From the human T2T-CHM13v2.0 reference genome, Homo sapiens: a DNA stretch of 64,000 bases. The stretch lies in the NCBI RefSeq assembly GCF_009914755.1, contig NC_060932.1. One strand, 5' to 3'. Position 1 is the first letter of the stretch, and every line of letters begins with the position of its first letter. Of this stretch, positions 51,590-64,000 are shown in pieces. The notes under the pieces were generated by a model. The model did not search any database and was not told the origin of the DNA. It saw only the letters and a program-made list of their open reading frames with translations. Made by a program: the position numbers and the translations under genes.

Positions 51590-52599
51590 CTTTTATTTCT
51601 TTTTGTCTTAAAATTTCAAAATAATACGCATGTTATAGGTATTTTTATTTCTTTTCTAGGTATTTCACAGACCCTCTCAATCTAGAAATGTTTGTTTGTA
51701 AGTTTTAGAAATTTTATTTTCTGTCCTTCATACTTTCTTCCTTTGGATTTCTCTAGTCTCATCTTTTGGGACTCCTATTGTTCAGAAAATTTAGTCCCCC
51801 TAATTTGATTCACTTATTTTCTCAGAGTTTTTCATTTCATATTTCTTTTTTCTTTTTGGTCTGTTTTCTGGGAGATGTACACTATATTGTCTTCCATATG
51901 GTTTCTTAATGTTTTAAATATGCCTGTTTTATTTTTAATATGCAGAAACCCTACCTTGTTGCCTAAATAACTTTCTTAAATGTCAACATATTTTGTATGT
52001 TCTAGGAAGTAATGTTATTGTCTTTTGTCTCTCTATGAATATTGACTTCAGATTTATTTATTTATTGTCTTTTTCTGCCCCCAGCATAGCATTATCTCTG
52101 CTTCCACCATTTTTTCTGCTTTTCCTCCCAAATTAGAGATGTTTAAAGTGTATGATGATTTTTTTTTGTCCTGTACTTAATTTGGATGAAAGCATTTATG
52201 AGCTGGGAGCTATCTGTTTTATGAGATTAGGAGTGTGGACTGACGGGCTTTACTCTAGGGCTACAGCAAGACAAACTGGCCTTTTCTTTGGGTAGTTATA
52301 AATCTTTTCTTTGGCAACTGTCAGTTCTCTCAAATAGAATTCTCCATGATTTTCCCTGAGGCAGGGATTGAGGGAGTGTGGTTTAAATCTCTGTATGACC
52401 ATTCTTGCTACAAGTTGAGAAAGGCGTAGGAGACAGACTTTTTAATAAGCAGACTTTTCATTTACTCTTCCCTCTATGAGCAGGATAAGCCTGCTTTTCT
52501 GTGAATGAAGTGGCTGAATGTAGAACTCTTTGTTTTAACCTCTCCTGATATCAAATAATCCCTGCTGTCTTCTTATGGTGGAAGAGTGGCGGTTGTCCA

Positions 52600-52849
52600 C
52601 AGGGTCGCATTATGACTGTTGTGGACACTAAGCATTTTTACCTTCATGGACTCCTTCCTCCATAACATAAAATAAAATATAAAATAAAATTGATATTTTA
52701 TGACTGTGTTTGTATAAAGACAAATATAACCCAGGTTGTATGATGCTCACTTTTTAGTTCTGACTGTAAAGTAAATTAAAACATTTTTTGTGGGCCCCTA
52801 AAATTATCATAGACCCTAGGCACAGTGCCTGATGTAAAAATTGGCCCAG
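52600..52849. mobile_element. hAT (Tip100-like) MITE
   Basis: Terminal inverted repeat-like cagggtc.../...ggcccag, degenerate 8-bp TSD gttgtcca / gtcatcta, AT-rich core. Confidence 0.6.
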
Positions 52850-53879
52850 GTCATCTATCTTCCTGCAGTAGGAAAGAAAATCTGGGCATCTAGTTGTTAT
52901 ATTTTTACTAACACTTTCAACTAAATCTATTTTCAGCCCCACTGCCCATACCTCTGCCAAGTCTCTGGTGCCTCCACTCCTTCTAAATTTCTGGGAATGC
53001 TGTGGTTTGTTTCTTATTGGCTTCATCCGTGAAGACTATTTATGTTTCTCTGTTCTGGCAAGTCTGTTATCAGCTCTTGTTTCTCAGCATTCCAGTGTCT
53101 AAAATTTGATAACATCTGCCCTCTGCTGCCACATCCTCTTTTGCTCTGTTTGTCCTTATTTTATTCATTTACGTTTATTCTAGTGGGTTTTATGTGGGAG
53201 TGGAGATAAATAACTTTGCAAAATGTTCCTGTTTTCCCTGAAAGTCAGTTGCAGGGAGAAAACAATGTGATCTGATTGGTGGCCCTGAAGGTGGCATCTT
53301 GAAGGTGGGTAAACTATTCACGCTACAGAAAAATCAACTGTTTGATACACAGACTGTTAACTCATCTTATTTTTTAACTCCACATCTTAGTCTCGCTTTT
53401 CACGAGGTCCAGAGTCTCTCTAGGATTCTTCTGTGTAAATCATCTCAATCTACAGCTGTGGACACTGCAACTTCCTCTGCACACCTTATCAGTCATCACT
53501 CCCCCATCTACTTTCTCACCTCTAGAAATCTGTTAAAAACTCTTTTTTTATTGGTAGCTTTCTCCTCTTTATTTTCTTTGTTATTGTAAATGTATGCCTT
53601 ATGAAAAATTTGTGCTATGATTTTAATGGTTTCTTGGAAGGAAAAAGAGATAAAATCTTATATTCAGCTCATAATTTTGTAATAGAAGCCCCTGAATAAA
53701 AAATTTAAAGTAAGATAATTATAGGTAAAGGAAAATGAGTACAATGAATCAATTCTCAATTATTTCCAGAAAGGCAGAATACTGAGTTTTTGTCAACTTA
53801 TGATGAGTACATAGGGATAAGTTAACTTGCCCCAGGATTTAAAAATAAGCTTAATCTCTGAGGACTAATGAAACTAGAA

Positions 53880-55790
53880 AGAGGATGAAGACTATATGGA
53901 ATTAAACTAGAAATAATAATGAAAAGATAGTTCAGAAAATCCCAAATATTTGAAAATTAAGCAAATACTCCTAAATAACCCTTAGGTAGAAGAAAAGTTC
54001 TCAAGAGAAATTTTCAAAAATTTAACTTAATGAAAATCCAACTTATAAAATTTATGGTATGTCACAAAAGCAGTGCCTCAAGTGAAGTATATAGCATTAG
54101 ATATATATTTTAGAAAATAATAAAGATTTAAAACTATAAGCATTCACTTAATACTAAAGAACGGAGAGAAAATTAAGTCTAAAGCAGGAAAAAAGAAAGA
54201 AAATGATGAAACATAGAGTATAAATCAACGCAATTGAAAACAGAAAAAGGACACAGGATATCAATAGAACAAAAGGCCATTCTGTGAGATCCATAAATTG
54301 GTTAACTTCTACAAAGACTAAAGAAGTGGAGAGAAATTACCGCTGTCAGAAATGAAAATTACCAGTGTCAGAAATGAAAATGTTACCACCACTGATTTCG
54401 TGGACATTACAAGGTTAACAAAAGAATACTACAAATAAATCAGTGCCCACAAATTAGATTACTTGGACAAAATTGATCAATCTGTTGAAAGACAGAAACA
54501 ACCAAAAATCACAAAAAGGGAAATAGATAAACTAATTAGCTTCATATCCACAAAAGAAATTGAATCAATAATTAATGATATTCCAAAAGAGAAAGTATCA
54601 GGTCTAGACGGTTTCATTGGTTTATCCTAGCAAACATTTAAGGAATAAATAAGACTATTTATCAATATATTTTAGGAATAGAAGCAGAGGAAGCACTTCC
54701 CAACCTTATGAGATCAGTACTATTCTATTAACAAAACAAGATAAAGACATTACGAGAAAATTACAAACCAATATCCCTCATGAAAGTGGAAGCAAATATC
54801 CTCAGCAAAATCAAGTACAACAATGTATAAAAATAATTATACAACACAACCAAGGGAGATTCATTCCAGGAGTGCAAAATTGGTTGAGCATTTGAAAATC
54901 AGTTAATGTAACCCACCATATCATGAGGCTCCAAAAGTAAAACCATATGACCTTATCAATTGACATAGAAAAAGTAATTTAAAAATCCAACACCCATTTG
55001 TAATAAAAACATTCAGGAAACTCTGAATGGAGGGGAATGTCCCCACTTTGATATAAAGTATATATCTAAGAAGCCTACAGCTAACATGATACTTCACAGT
55101 AAGAGATAGGACAAGTCTCCCCTGAAGTCGTGAACAAGGCCAAAATATTATTTAGGCCAGGCACGGTGGCTCACACCTGTAACCCTAACACTTTGGGAGC
55201 CTGAGGCAGGATAATTGGATGAACCCAGGAGTTTAAGACCAGCCTGAGTAAAATGGCAAAATCCCGTCTCTTCAAAAAAAAAATTAGCCAGACATGATGG
55301 CGTGTGTCTATAGTCTCAGCTACTCAGGAGGCTGAGGTGGGAAGATCACTTGAGCCCAGGAGGTCAAGGCTGTGGTGAGCCATGATCGTGCCAATGCACT
55401 CCAGCCTAGGCAACAGAGCAAGACCCTGTCTCAAAAAATATACATATATACTTTGTCACCATCTTTATTCAACAACATACTGGTAGTTGTAGCTAATGCA
55501 ATAAGACAAGACGAAGAAATGAAAGGTATACTAATTGAAATGGAAGAAATAAAGCTCTTTCTAGATAAATGTACATCTAGAAAGCCTCAAGGAATCTACC
55601 AAATGTAAAATCAAAACAAAATGAAACAAAATCCTCCTGGATCTCACAAGTGAGAATGATAAGTTAAGAGGATATAAGGTTAATATGTAAAAGTCAGTTG
55701 TTTTTCTCTGTACCAACAATGAAAAAATTTGAAAATTAAAAAAAACCCATTAAGCAGTAATACCACAAAAATGAAGCTTTAAGTATTTTG
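53880..55790 (+). mobile_element. Old LINE-1 (L1MC-like) ORF2 fragment
   Basis: ggaattaaactagaaataataa..; LSPSLFNNILVVVANAIRQDEEMKGILI in ORF 55372..55608. Confidence 0.85.
55155..55440 (+). mobile_element. AluJ-like element
   Basis: ggccaggcacggtggctcac...gagcccaggaggtcaaggctgtggtgagccatgatcgtgcc...gaccctgtctc (AluJ-type). Confidence 0.95.
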
Positions 55791-55809
55791 ACTGTTAATT
55801 TCCAACAAG

Positions 55810-57245
55810 ATAAACATAAATATTAGAAGTTACATATTACGATATATTAGGAAAGTTATTTCAGGGAACTGATTTATACAATTGTTGGGCTGAGTAGGCA
55901 AGTCAAAAAATTCACAGGACAAACCATCAGGAAGGGCAAACTTGAACTCTCAGACATAACCTGAAGCTGCTATCCTTAGGCAGAATTACTACTTCTTTAT
56001 GGAAGCCTAAATTTTATTCTTATGACTTTTACACTTCTTGACTCAGGTCCACCCAGATTATCTAATAAAAGCTCCCTTTACTTAAGGTCAACTGATTATT
56101 AACTTTAATGCCCATAAAATACCTTCATAACATCTAGATTAATCTTTAATTGAATACTAGGGACTGAATCCTAGCCAAGTTGACATATCAAAAACATCAT
56201 CATAGTCCACCTGTCAATTTGGCACGTATACACATCTTCTTAACTCATCCTGAATTTCTAAATAAAGACAGTAACAAATATTTACTTCTGGCTAATATGA
56301 TTCATGTATCCAAAACATAATAATCCTGTCCCCAGAAGAGAATGTAACATCACCCTCCTTTATCCTGTAATTTTTTATGCTATAAAGTTAACTATTATAA
56401 ACGCATATTATGTTAAATTTTAAAGATAAAAGAAGGAAGAAAATGAAATTAGTTGTTAACCCATATACAGATATTTTCATAATAAAAAAGAAAGAAATAC
56501 TCGTAACTATTGCAGTTCTTTTTTTCTGCACCTGGTCACATGACCATATATAGTATTTATAGCTACTGTCTTTCACTACCCATCTCATTTTCTTTTTACT
56601 CTCAGCAAACAATTCAGCTAGTCATTGGTCTTTGCCTGGTGGGGTGATTTAAACCTTCATTCTTGGAGAATATGAGCCACTAGTAGTCCTGTATGAATTG
56701 CATTATTATAGTTTTCTATTGACTTTAATCATGGACATGGTACTAATATGAGATGCCTTAAGATACCTCCTGTACAACAGATAAGTTCTTAGTTATATCT
56801 ATTGTATATAGCAACAAAATTTGCCCTTGGATATCAAGATCACCTACCCAGGCAGTAGAGCAATCCCCATCTTTGCCTGTTGATTCAGAGGTATGAGGAG
56901 CACAATGTTGGCAGGTGGCCATCTCAACTTTCAGTGCAGTGGAATTATTGTTGTGGCTCCTCATGGAAGCATACCTCCATTGAGAGCTAAGACTTCTAAA
57001 CAAGCACATCTTAAGTTTGTAGGGATGGGAAGCAAACATTTTGCTAGTGGATCATCAGTGATAATAGTTTACGGAGTCACTCCCACTAACACCTCTTGAT
57101 TCCTGGACTTGTGAATCCCAGCTATGGGAGAAACAGTCCTATGCATTTGATGATGATTTAGAACATATGCAGCATCCTGGAGGACCTGCCTCAGCCCCTC
57201 AAGGTATTGACACCTGGCATTTTACCTATGTCTTCAAAAGGCCAT
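55810..57245 (-). mobile_element. MLT2 3'LTR (~55810-56205) plus HERV-L internal 3' region with a dUTPase remnant
   Basis: LTR end ctagccaagttgacatatcaaaaacatcatcata. The minus strand near 57000 reads CLEVLALNGGMLP, resembling ERV-L dUTPase GLEVLVPKGGMLP. Confidence 0.85.
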
Positions 57246-58230
57246 CCAAATGCTGGCAAGGTATAGAGCACCAGGATCTCTCATTTAGTTTCAGTGGAAA
57301 GGCAAAAATGGTACAACCTTTTTGGTAGGCAGTTTGGCAGTTACTTATACAACTAAGCATCATTTAACCACATAATCCAGCAATTGTGCATGTAAGAGTC
57401 TACTGAAAAAATTCCTAATGTCTAAAGCTGGAACTATTTGAGCAACAAAATAAAGTGGCATTGGATTATAACCTACAACACAAAATAAATATCCACAAGT
57501 ACACAGATGTAAATAAATGAGGGAGAAGGGACAAGTCTTCCTTACAGAAGAATTTCAAATAATCTATGTAGGTATTCTGCTCTTAAGTGTGGGCTATGCA
57601 TAGTGACTTCTTTTCAAAGAACACAGCATAGAAGCAGTATAAAAAAAGAATAACATTTCAGCAGAAAAATCTAACAAAGATTACCTTAGCTAGATGATCA
57701 AGTTTAATACCAATAATAATAATCATGTTGATAGTATGTACCCTTGACATAATATTATGAAAATGGCATTTTACCTCTGTGGTCTTCCTCTTCCAAATCC
57801 ATAGTACTACTCAAATCCTAAGAAAATCATCAGAGAATCCAAATTGAAGGACATTTTACAAAACACCTGATCAGTAATTCTCAAAACTCTCAAGGTTTTC
57901 AAAAATAAGAAAAGTCAGAGAAATGATCATAGGTAATAATAGCCTAAGGAAATATAACAACCACAAGTAATTTCATATCCTGGGTAAAATCCTGGGACAG
58001 AAAAAGGGCATTAGATAAAAACTAAAAAAAAGAAATGAATAAAGCATGGACTTTTGTTAATGATAATGTATCAATATTGGTTCAGTATTGTGACAAGTGT
58101 ACTTTACAAATGAAAGATTAGTTAATACAGAGGAAACTGGGTATGGGGAGTAGTTGAATTCTCTGAATTATATTCACAATCTTTTTTTAATTTAAATCTA
58201 TTCTAAAATAAAAAGATTATTTTAAAAGTA
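57246..58230 (+). mobile_element. L1MC-like ORF2 tail and long 3'UTR
   Basis: cctaatgtctaaagctggaactatttgagcaacaaaataaa; ...ctattctaaaataaaaagattattttaaaa. Confidence 0.85.
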
Positions 58231-58648
58231 AAAGAAAAGTTAACATGAATAATTTCTGGTGATGATTATTTGGGTATTCATAACATTATTCTCCACTACT
58301 GTGTAAAGATGAACAATTCATAGTTAAATTATGGGTATAAAAGGATATGAAAAAATGTAGAAAACTATCTCAAAGAAGTTCAAACAGGAGAGCAGAAAAA
58401 GCACTATTAAACATCTTACCTTGTAAATTTTAGACAGTATTGACAAAATATTAGAAGATAAATGAGAGTTGTATGTTTAGTTACATTATATACGTATAGT
58501 TGTATATGATTTTATATCTATCGTGTCTATTTTAAATGCTACCTAAAATAGGACAAACTAGACAAACATTACATGTTGCTACCAAATTTGTTTTTTTGCC
58601 ACTTGCAAATGGTTTAAGTTAGTTCGTTCATTGATTCAGGTGGCTTTT

Positions 58649-58955
<307 letters not shown>

Positions 58956-59139
58956 TCAGGTGGCTTTTTATTAATAATCTCTTATATGCCACTTTCAAAA
59001 TGCTTCAAGTTAGTTTATTCATTGATTCAGGGGACTTTTTATTAACAGTCTCTCATATGCCAGGAATAAGGGATTATTGGTTACCTGATAAGTGAATGAT
59101 CAAATTCAAAGGTTGAGACTAGCCCTGAAACCAATGGTT

Positions 59140-59645
59140 CACCCTCTTTCAGAAGTGAGTGTGTGTGTGTATGTGCATGCACGCATGTGTACTGACAGCA
59201 GGGTGAAAATCCAGCAAACTGTAAATCTAGAATGTGTCTTTCCATTCTGCTACTGTGGTGCCCAAACCTCTCCCAATATATTCCCATAAATCTGAGTTCA
59301 GAGACTGTGTTTGTTTGAGGGATTGTGTTTAGGGATTCTAAGATACATTGTCTCCGCCTTTGGTAGCATTTTTTGGCAGCAGTTGTGTCTCATATGTCTC
59401 TAGGTCCTGATGGACAAGCCCACTCTGATTCCAGTTTATACTGTGTGGTCCCACTCTGGTCTCAGGAAACACCACATCCTGTAGCCCAGAAATGACAGTG
59501 GCTTCCTGCAACGGCTTATTTCTAGCTTACCTTAGTGATCCTGTAGGTTCTTATATCACCTATGCATTTAGTTTTCTGAATTAAAATATCTATTTTAAAT
59601 ACTTACAGTGGTTTCTGTTTTCCTTGTTAGAATCTGACAAATACA
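59140..59645 (+). mobile_element. Ancient ERV-L/MaLR LTR fragments
   Basis: LTR-end-like ..tttagggattctaagataca (~59346) and ..gtggtttctgttttccttgttagaatctgacaaataca (~59645). Confidence 0.4.
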
Positions 59646-60184
59646 GAAATTAACCAAAAATACTATTGAATTTTTGCATGTTCAATGACTTTGTCCTCTG
59701 TTGCCTAAGGTTGCTTTACTCTCATATTATAAATCATTGGCAACAAGGGTGGAACAGTCAGATGATCAGTGCTCCAAAATGGGAAATACATTCAACTTAA
59801 AGATTTTACATAAGAGAAACTGCCTGGGAGGAGGGGAGCATGACTTCTTAGTTTAGTGATTCCAGAAGTCATTGTTGAATCTTTTGAATCTTCAAACAAA
59901 TTTGTTCCCACTATGATGGAAATGAAGACAATTGACAGTATGTTGATGTATGTTGTGTAGGCTTCTTGCTCATTGTAATATATGGATAAGGCATTTATTG
60001 TATTCAACTGGTTGTTCTGGAATTTAAGTTGACATTATTTTATTTCACTATTTGAATGATCAAAAAATAGGTTAGCAATTAGGAAAATTGCAGCTCAAGA
60101 TTACACTAAATCTCCTTCCTCTACTGTTAAAGACTACTTTCCCATTAACTTCAATTCTTCATAAGAAGCCAATGCTTTGAATAA

Positions 60185-60551
<367 letters not shown>

Positions 60552-60911
60552 TGACATGTACCTTGTCTTTTCTAATCTTTGATTTCTCTCTATATAAAAT
60601 AATATTATTATAATTTGTATTACTGGTTAAAAATAAAAATTAAATAAGAAGATGTGAAGCTTTCCTTTCTTTATTAAAAAATTTCTTCAATTTGGGGTAG
60701 TTGGAATGATCTCAGGTAAATTTTAAACGTTAGTTAATCAGTGTTTCCTGAGGAGATAGCTATTGTTTTAAGACTTCATAAGATGCCATGTAAATGACTA
60801 GTGGAAGAGGAGAACAAGCAAGTGTGAAAGATTGGAATATAGTGTGTAAGACTAGAGCTGTACTAAAGGGGAACATGCTGAATGTGTTGGAAGGAGAAAG
60901 AAGGAATGATT

Positions 60912-61216
60912 AAAAATAGTTCTAGAGATCTTCTGTACAACATTGTGCCTAGAGTTTACAATGCAGTATTATATACCTAAAATTTTAAGAGACTAGATTT
61001 CATGTGAAGTGGTCTTATCACCACACTCACACACACAAAGGGATAAAAAAGGCAAAGGCAACTTTGGGAGGGGATGGATATATTTATTACCTTGATTGGA
61101 GTAGTGATATCACAAGTGGATGCATATATCCCAGTATGTTAAATAGTATACATTAAACATGAACAGTAGGTTTTTTTTGTACATCAAGTACACCTTGATA
61201 AAGCTGTTAAAAAAAA
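60912..61216 (+). mobile_element. L1MA/L1MB 3'-terminal fragment
   Basis: gttctagagatcttctgtacaacattgtgcc...accttgataaagctgttaaaaaaaa. Confidence 0.85.
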
Positions 61217-61459
61217 TGTGTGGTCAAGGCATCTCAGCTTCAGTGCTATTACAAGAACTTCATCATGACCAATGAGAAGGAGAAACAGCCAAGACATATT
61301 TCTTTTGCCTCTTTCTTATTCACTGCTTGGTTTGTAATAACAATATCAGCAACATGGCTCTAAATAATAAAGGCATGTAGAGATACTAAAAACTATCGTT
61401 ATGGTAGCCTACCCAAGTCTCTTTTTTTTATTACTCTTACTTCTTTTTTCTTTTCACAA

Positions 61460-61755
61460 TTTTTTGGTATTTTTGAAAATTTTGTGGGCACGTAGTAGGT
61501 GCATATATTTATGGATACATGACATGTTTTGATACAGGCATGCAATGTGAAATAAGCATATCATAGAGAATATAGTATCCATCCTCTCAAACATTTATCC
61601 TTTGAGTTATAAACAATCCAATTACATTCTTTAAGTTATTTACAAGTATACTATTACATTATTATTGACTATAGTCACCCTATTGTGCTATCAAATAGTA
61701 GGTTTTATTCATTCTATTTTTTTTTATGGTCATTAGCCATCCCCACCTTCCCCCA
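61460..61755 (-). mobile_element. L1PB4/L1MA1-like 3'-terminal fragment
   Basis: gtaggtgcatatatttatgg..ttttgatacaggcatgcaatgtgaaataagcatatcat. Confidence 0.88.
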
Positions 61756-62029
61756 TATCTTTTAATTATGTTTTCATGACTAAAATGTGGTAAATAGATT
61801 TAATTTAACACTATGAAAAAGCAGTTTCAGCTTAAAATAATTTCTATTTTCAAACTGTATTTGCTTATTAAACACATATACTTAAAAAGAAGAAGAATTC
61901 ACTCATAGCATCATACCTAAACAGCCATTATTAACAACTTAGTATTTCACCTACAAATATCTAATCTTTTAAGCATGTAATCCAGATGTTCTTTAATTAA
62001 TAACAGATGAGGTTACAATATTTATCTTT

Positions 62030-62740
62030 TTCTTTAAACTTTCCATTGAAATATATAGAAATAAGTAAAAATAAGCATGCAGATCAATAAGTTTTCATAC
62101 ATTGAAAACAACCATATCAAAAAATAGAATATTAATAAGATCCCCAAAGCCCCTCTCAGTTCTGGTACCTACCCCTCATCCCTTCTCCAAAAGAAATGGG
62201 TTGTAACTTCTAGCAGCCTACGTATTTTCTGTTTTGTTTCATTTTTTGTTTGTTGTTTCCTTTTAGTTATTCTGGTGGGTGTGTATTCGTATCACAGTGT
62301 GGTTTAAATTTGCACTATTTTGATGACTTTTTGTGATTTATATTTGTCATTTGGATATCCTTTTTGTGAAAGGGCTATTCAAACCTTTTTCCATTTTTTT
62401 TCTCTTGAGCTATCTTTCATTATTGAATTATATATTTTATAAATATACATTTATATATTTGTGTGCTTTATTTGTTTTGGAAATTAGTTATGTGCTAGAT
62501 TGTTACATAATCCTATTTTGCAGTTTGGCACTCTCTTAATGCTATCTTTTTATGAAGATACATTTTTATTTTAATATAGTTTAATTTATTCATATTTTAA
62601 ATAGTGGGTTTTTTGTGTTCCATCTTTTTCTACTTTTAGGTCATAAAGATATTCTGTTTACTTTTACTCTAAATACTCTAGATATTTGCTCTATACATTT
62701 ATATGTGGAACCATCTAAAACTGTTTTTGTGTAGGGGGGT
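62030..62740 (-). mobile_element. Ancient L1ME-like fragments
   Basis: gtggtttaaatttgcactattttgatgact..atttggatatcctttttgtgaagggctattcaaacc. Confidence 0.7.
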
Positions 62741-63039
62741 AGTATTTTGCCCTGTATGGTCTAAGACTCAACTGAGCAAATTCCATGTGAAAATCTGGCT
62801 GCATATTTGAGAGCTCTCAAGTCTGCAACTTGTCATTTCAGCTCTACATGCTGCTCAAATTTTTCTAATTTTCCCCTCTGCCTAGGCCAAGGCCAAGTTT
62901 CAATTTCTACCCAGACATAGCAGCAATCCTCAGCTCACTTAGGAACAGTCCTTGCCCTCTTTGGAATTCTAGTTCATTTGGACTTTACCCCTTCCATAGC
63001 CCTCAGATGCTATATTGGTATCTATGTCTGTGTCTTTGC

Positions 63040-63100
63040 ATGTATATATATATACACATATATATGTATATATCTTTCTACATCTATATATATATATTTA
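63040..63100 (+). repeat. Degenerate (TA)n low-complexity repeat
   Basis: tgtatatatatatacacatatatatgtatatatc...tatatatatatatt. Confidence 0.85.
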
Positions 63101-63502
63101 CATTTATTTCTATTGTATTTCTAACTTCTCTGATATTTTATGACCTAGTACATACACTTGGAAGTGAAAATTTATACCTATTTTTTATTTCAAAATTGTT
63201 CCAATCAGATTAGCAGAATCATAGTTCCATAGATTATACCCATAAATATCCCTTAATGAATGCCTCACATGCACCACTAGCTTTAAAAACCCTGGGTAAA
63301 CTTACTGATTTATAATTTCTGGTTCAAACATATAAGAATGTCAAGAACATTTGAAAATGAGATAAGATTAATTTCTAAAAAGGATTATCTCTCTTTCCTA
63401 ATAGGCTTGGATTGGAAGGCATTCTGTGGCCTGGTCAGTAAAGTCTCAGGGGTCAGTTGTCCTTGAAATATGAGATATGAACACTGAGACAGAGAGGGTT
63501 TT

Positions 63503-64000
63503 TGTCTTGGTTTGGTTTTGCCCAAAAGTTGACCTAAGAAAAAGTCTTGTATGTATATAGTTTAGGTGAGAGATGATTCTGGAAATCCCAAATAAGGGTG
63601 GAGAGATTTTAGATCAGAAATTGTGAAAAAGTAATAAAGGATGCATTAATATATAGGTTACTACTCTGGCCATCAAAGTTCAATCTTACTGGAGACTAAT
63701 TTTAAAATGATGTAGAACATGACTGGTTCTTCATGTGTCCTGAGATTTTAATTCCTCTATATTTTCAGATTGTTCTTTAGTGCAGTTGAACAAGCTTTCA
63801 TAGTGCTGGAAGGAGCCTTTAGAAAAAGAAGAGAAACCTTGGTGCTTAAGATAGGATCCTGTCAGCATACCATACATTGTTCTTATTGGTGCTGCAGATC
63901 AGCTTTAAGGTGGGCTGAGATGTCAGCTCGGGCATCAATAGCATCTGCACCCAGCCCCTCTACCACTCAGAGTCACTCATGCTTTACAGTGAGTCCATTC
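63503..64000 (-). mobile_element. LTR16-like ERV-L 3'LTR (~63503-63950) plus adjacent internal sequence continuing past the window
   Basis: tgtcttggtttggttttgcccaaaag is an LTR16-type end. gggcatcaatagcatctgca is the reverse complement of an LTR16-type start, followed by a PPT-like cccagcccct. Confidence 0.65.

Larger units (their letters stand above)
50370..53695 (-). mobile_element. Ancient L1M/L1ME 5' part (ORF1/5'UTR-like) fragments, interrupted by MLT2 and a MITE
   Basis: ttgcatatctgaaaatgcctttattcta..ttttggctggatataaaattataagttgg resembles the antisense of old L1 ORF1. Confidence 0.55.

Noticed and set aside
54335-54385. 21-bp tandem duplication aaattacc..tgtcagaaatga
   Set aside because: Ordinary slippage within a dead L1, similar to tacatgtgcaga x2 at ~19660.

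Overview
This is a gene-poor, AT-rich, repeat-dense stretch of a primate genome, probably human or another catarrhine, since AluY-like, MER11 and L1PA elements are present. I found no credible protein-coding gene, RNA gene or CRISPR array. The ORFs I could recognise are LINE-1 ORF1/ORF2 remnants, Alu-derived ORFs, ERV-L remnants or low-complexity ORFs; the rest look like short chance ORFs. The main contents are two decayed full-length L1s (about 20.5-27.6 kb on the minus strand; about 41.8-49.4 kb on the plus strand, with a MER11/HERV-K11 LTR inside its 5'UTR), many truncated L1s, seven Alus, MaLR and ERV-L LTRs and internal fragments (including a probable LTR-internal-LTR MLT1 element with a nested solo LTR), MIR, L2 and MER5 fossils, and microsatellites. 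I did not find a previously undescribed biological system. The most interesting signals are mechanistic footprints: twin-priming inversions, templated fillers and hairpins at junctions, re-use of one L1 target site, and local duplications. There are also a few candidate regulatory segments. Subfamily names come from my recall of consensus sequences and need RepeatMasker/Dfam confirmation; boundaries of old elements are approximate.
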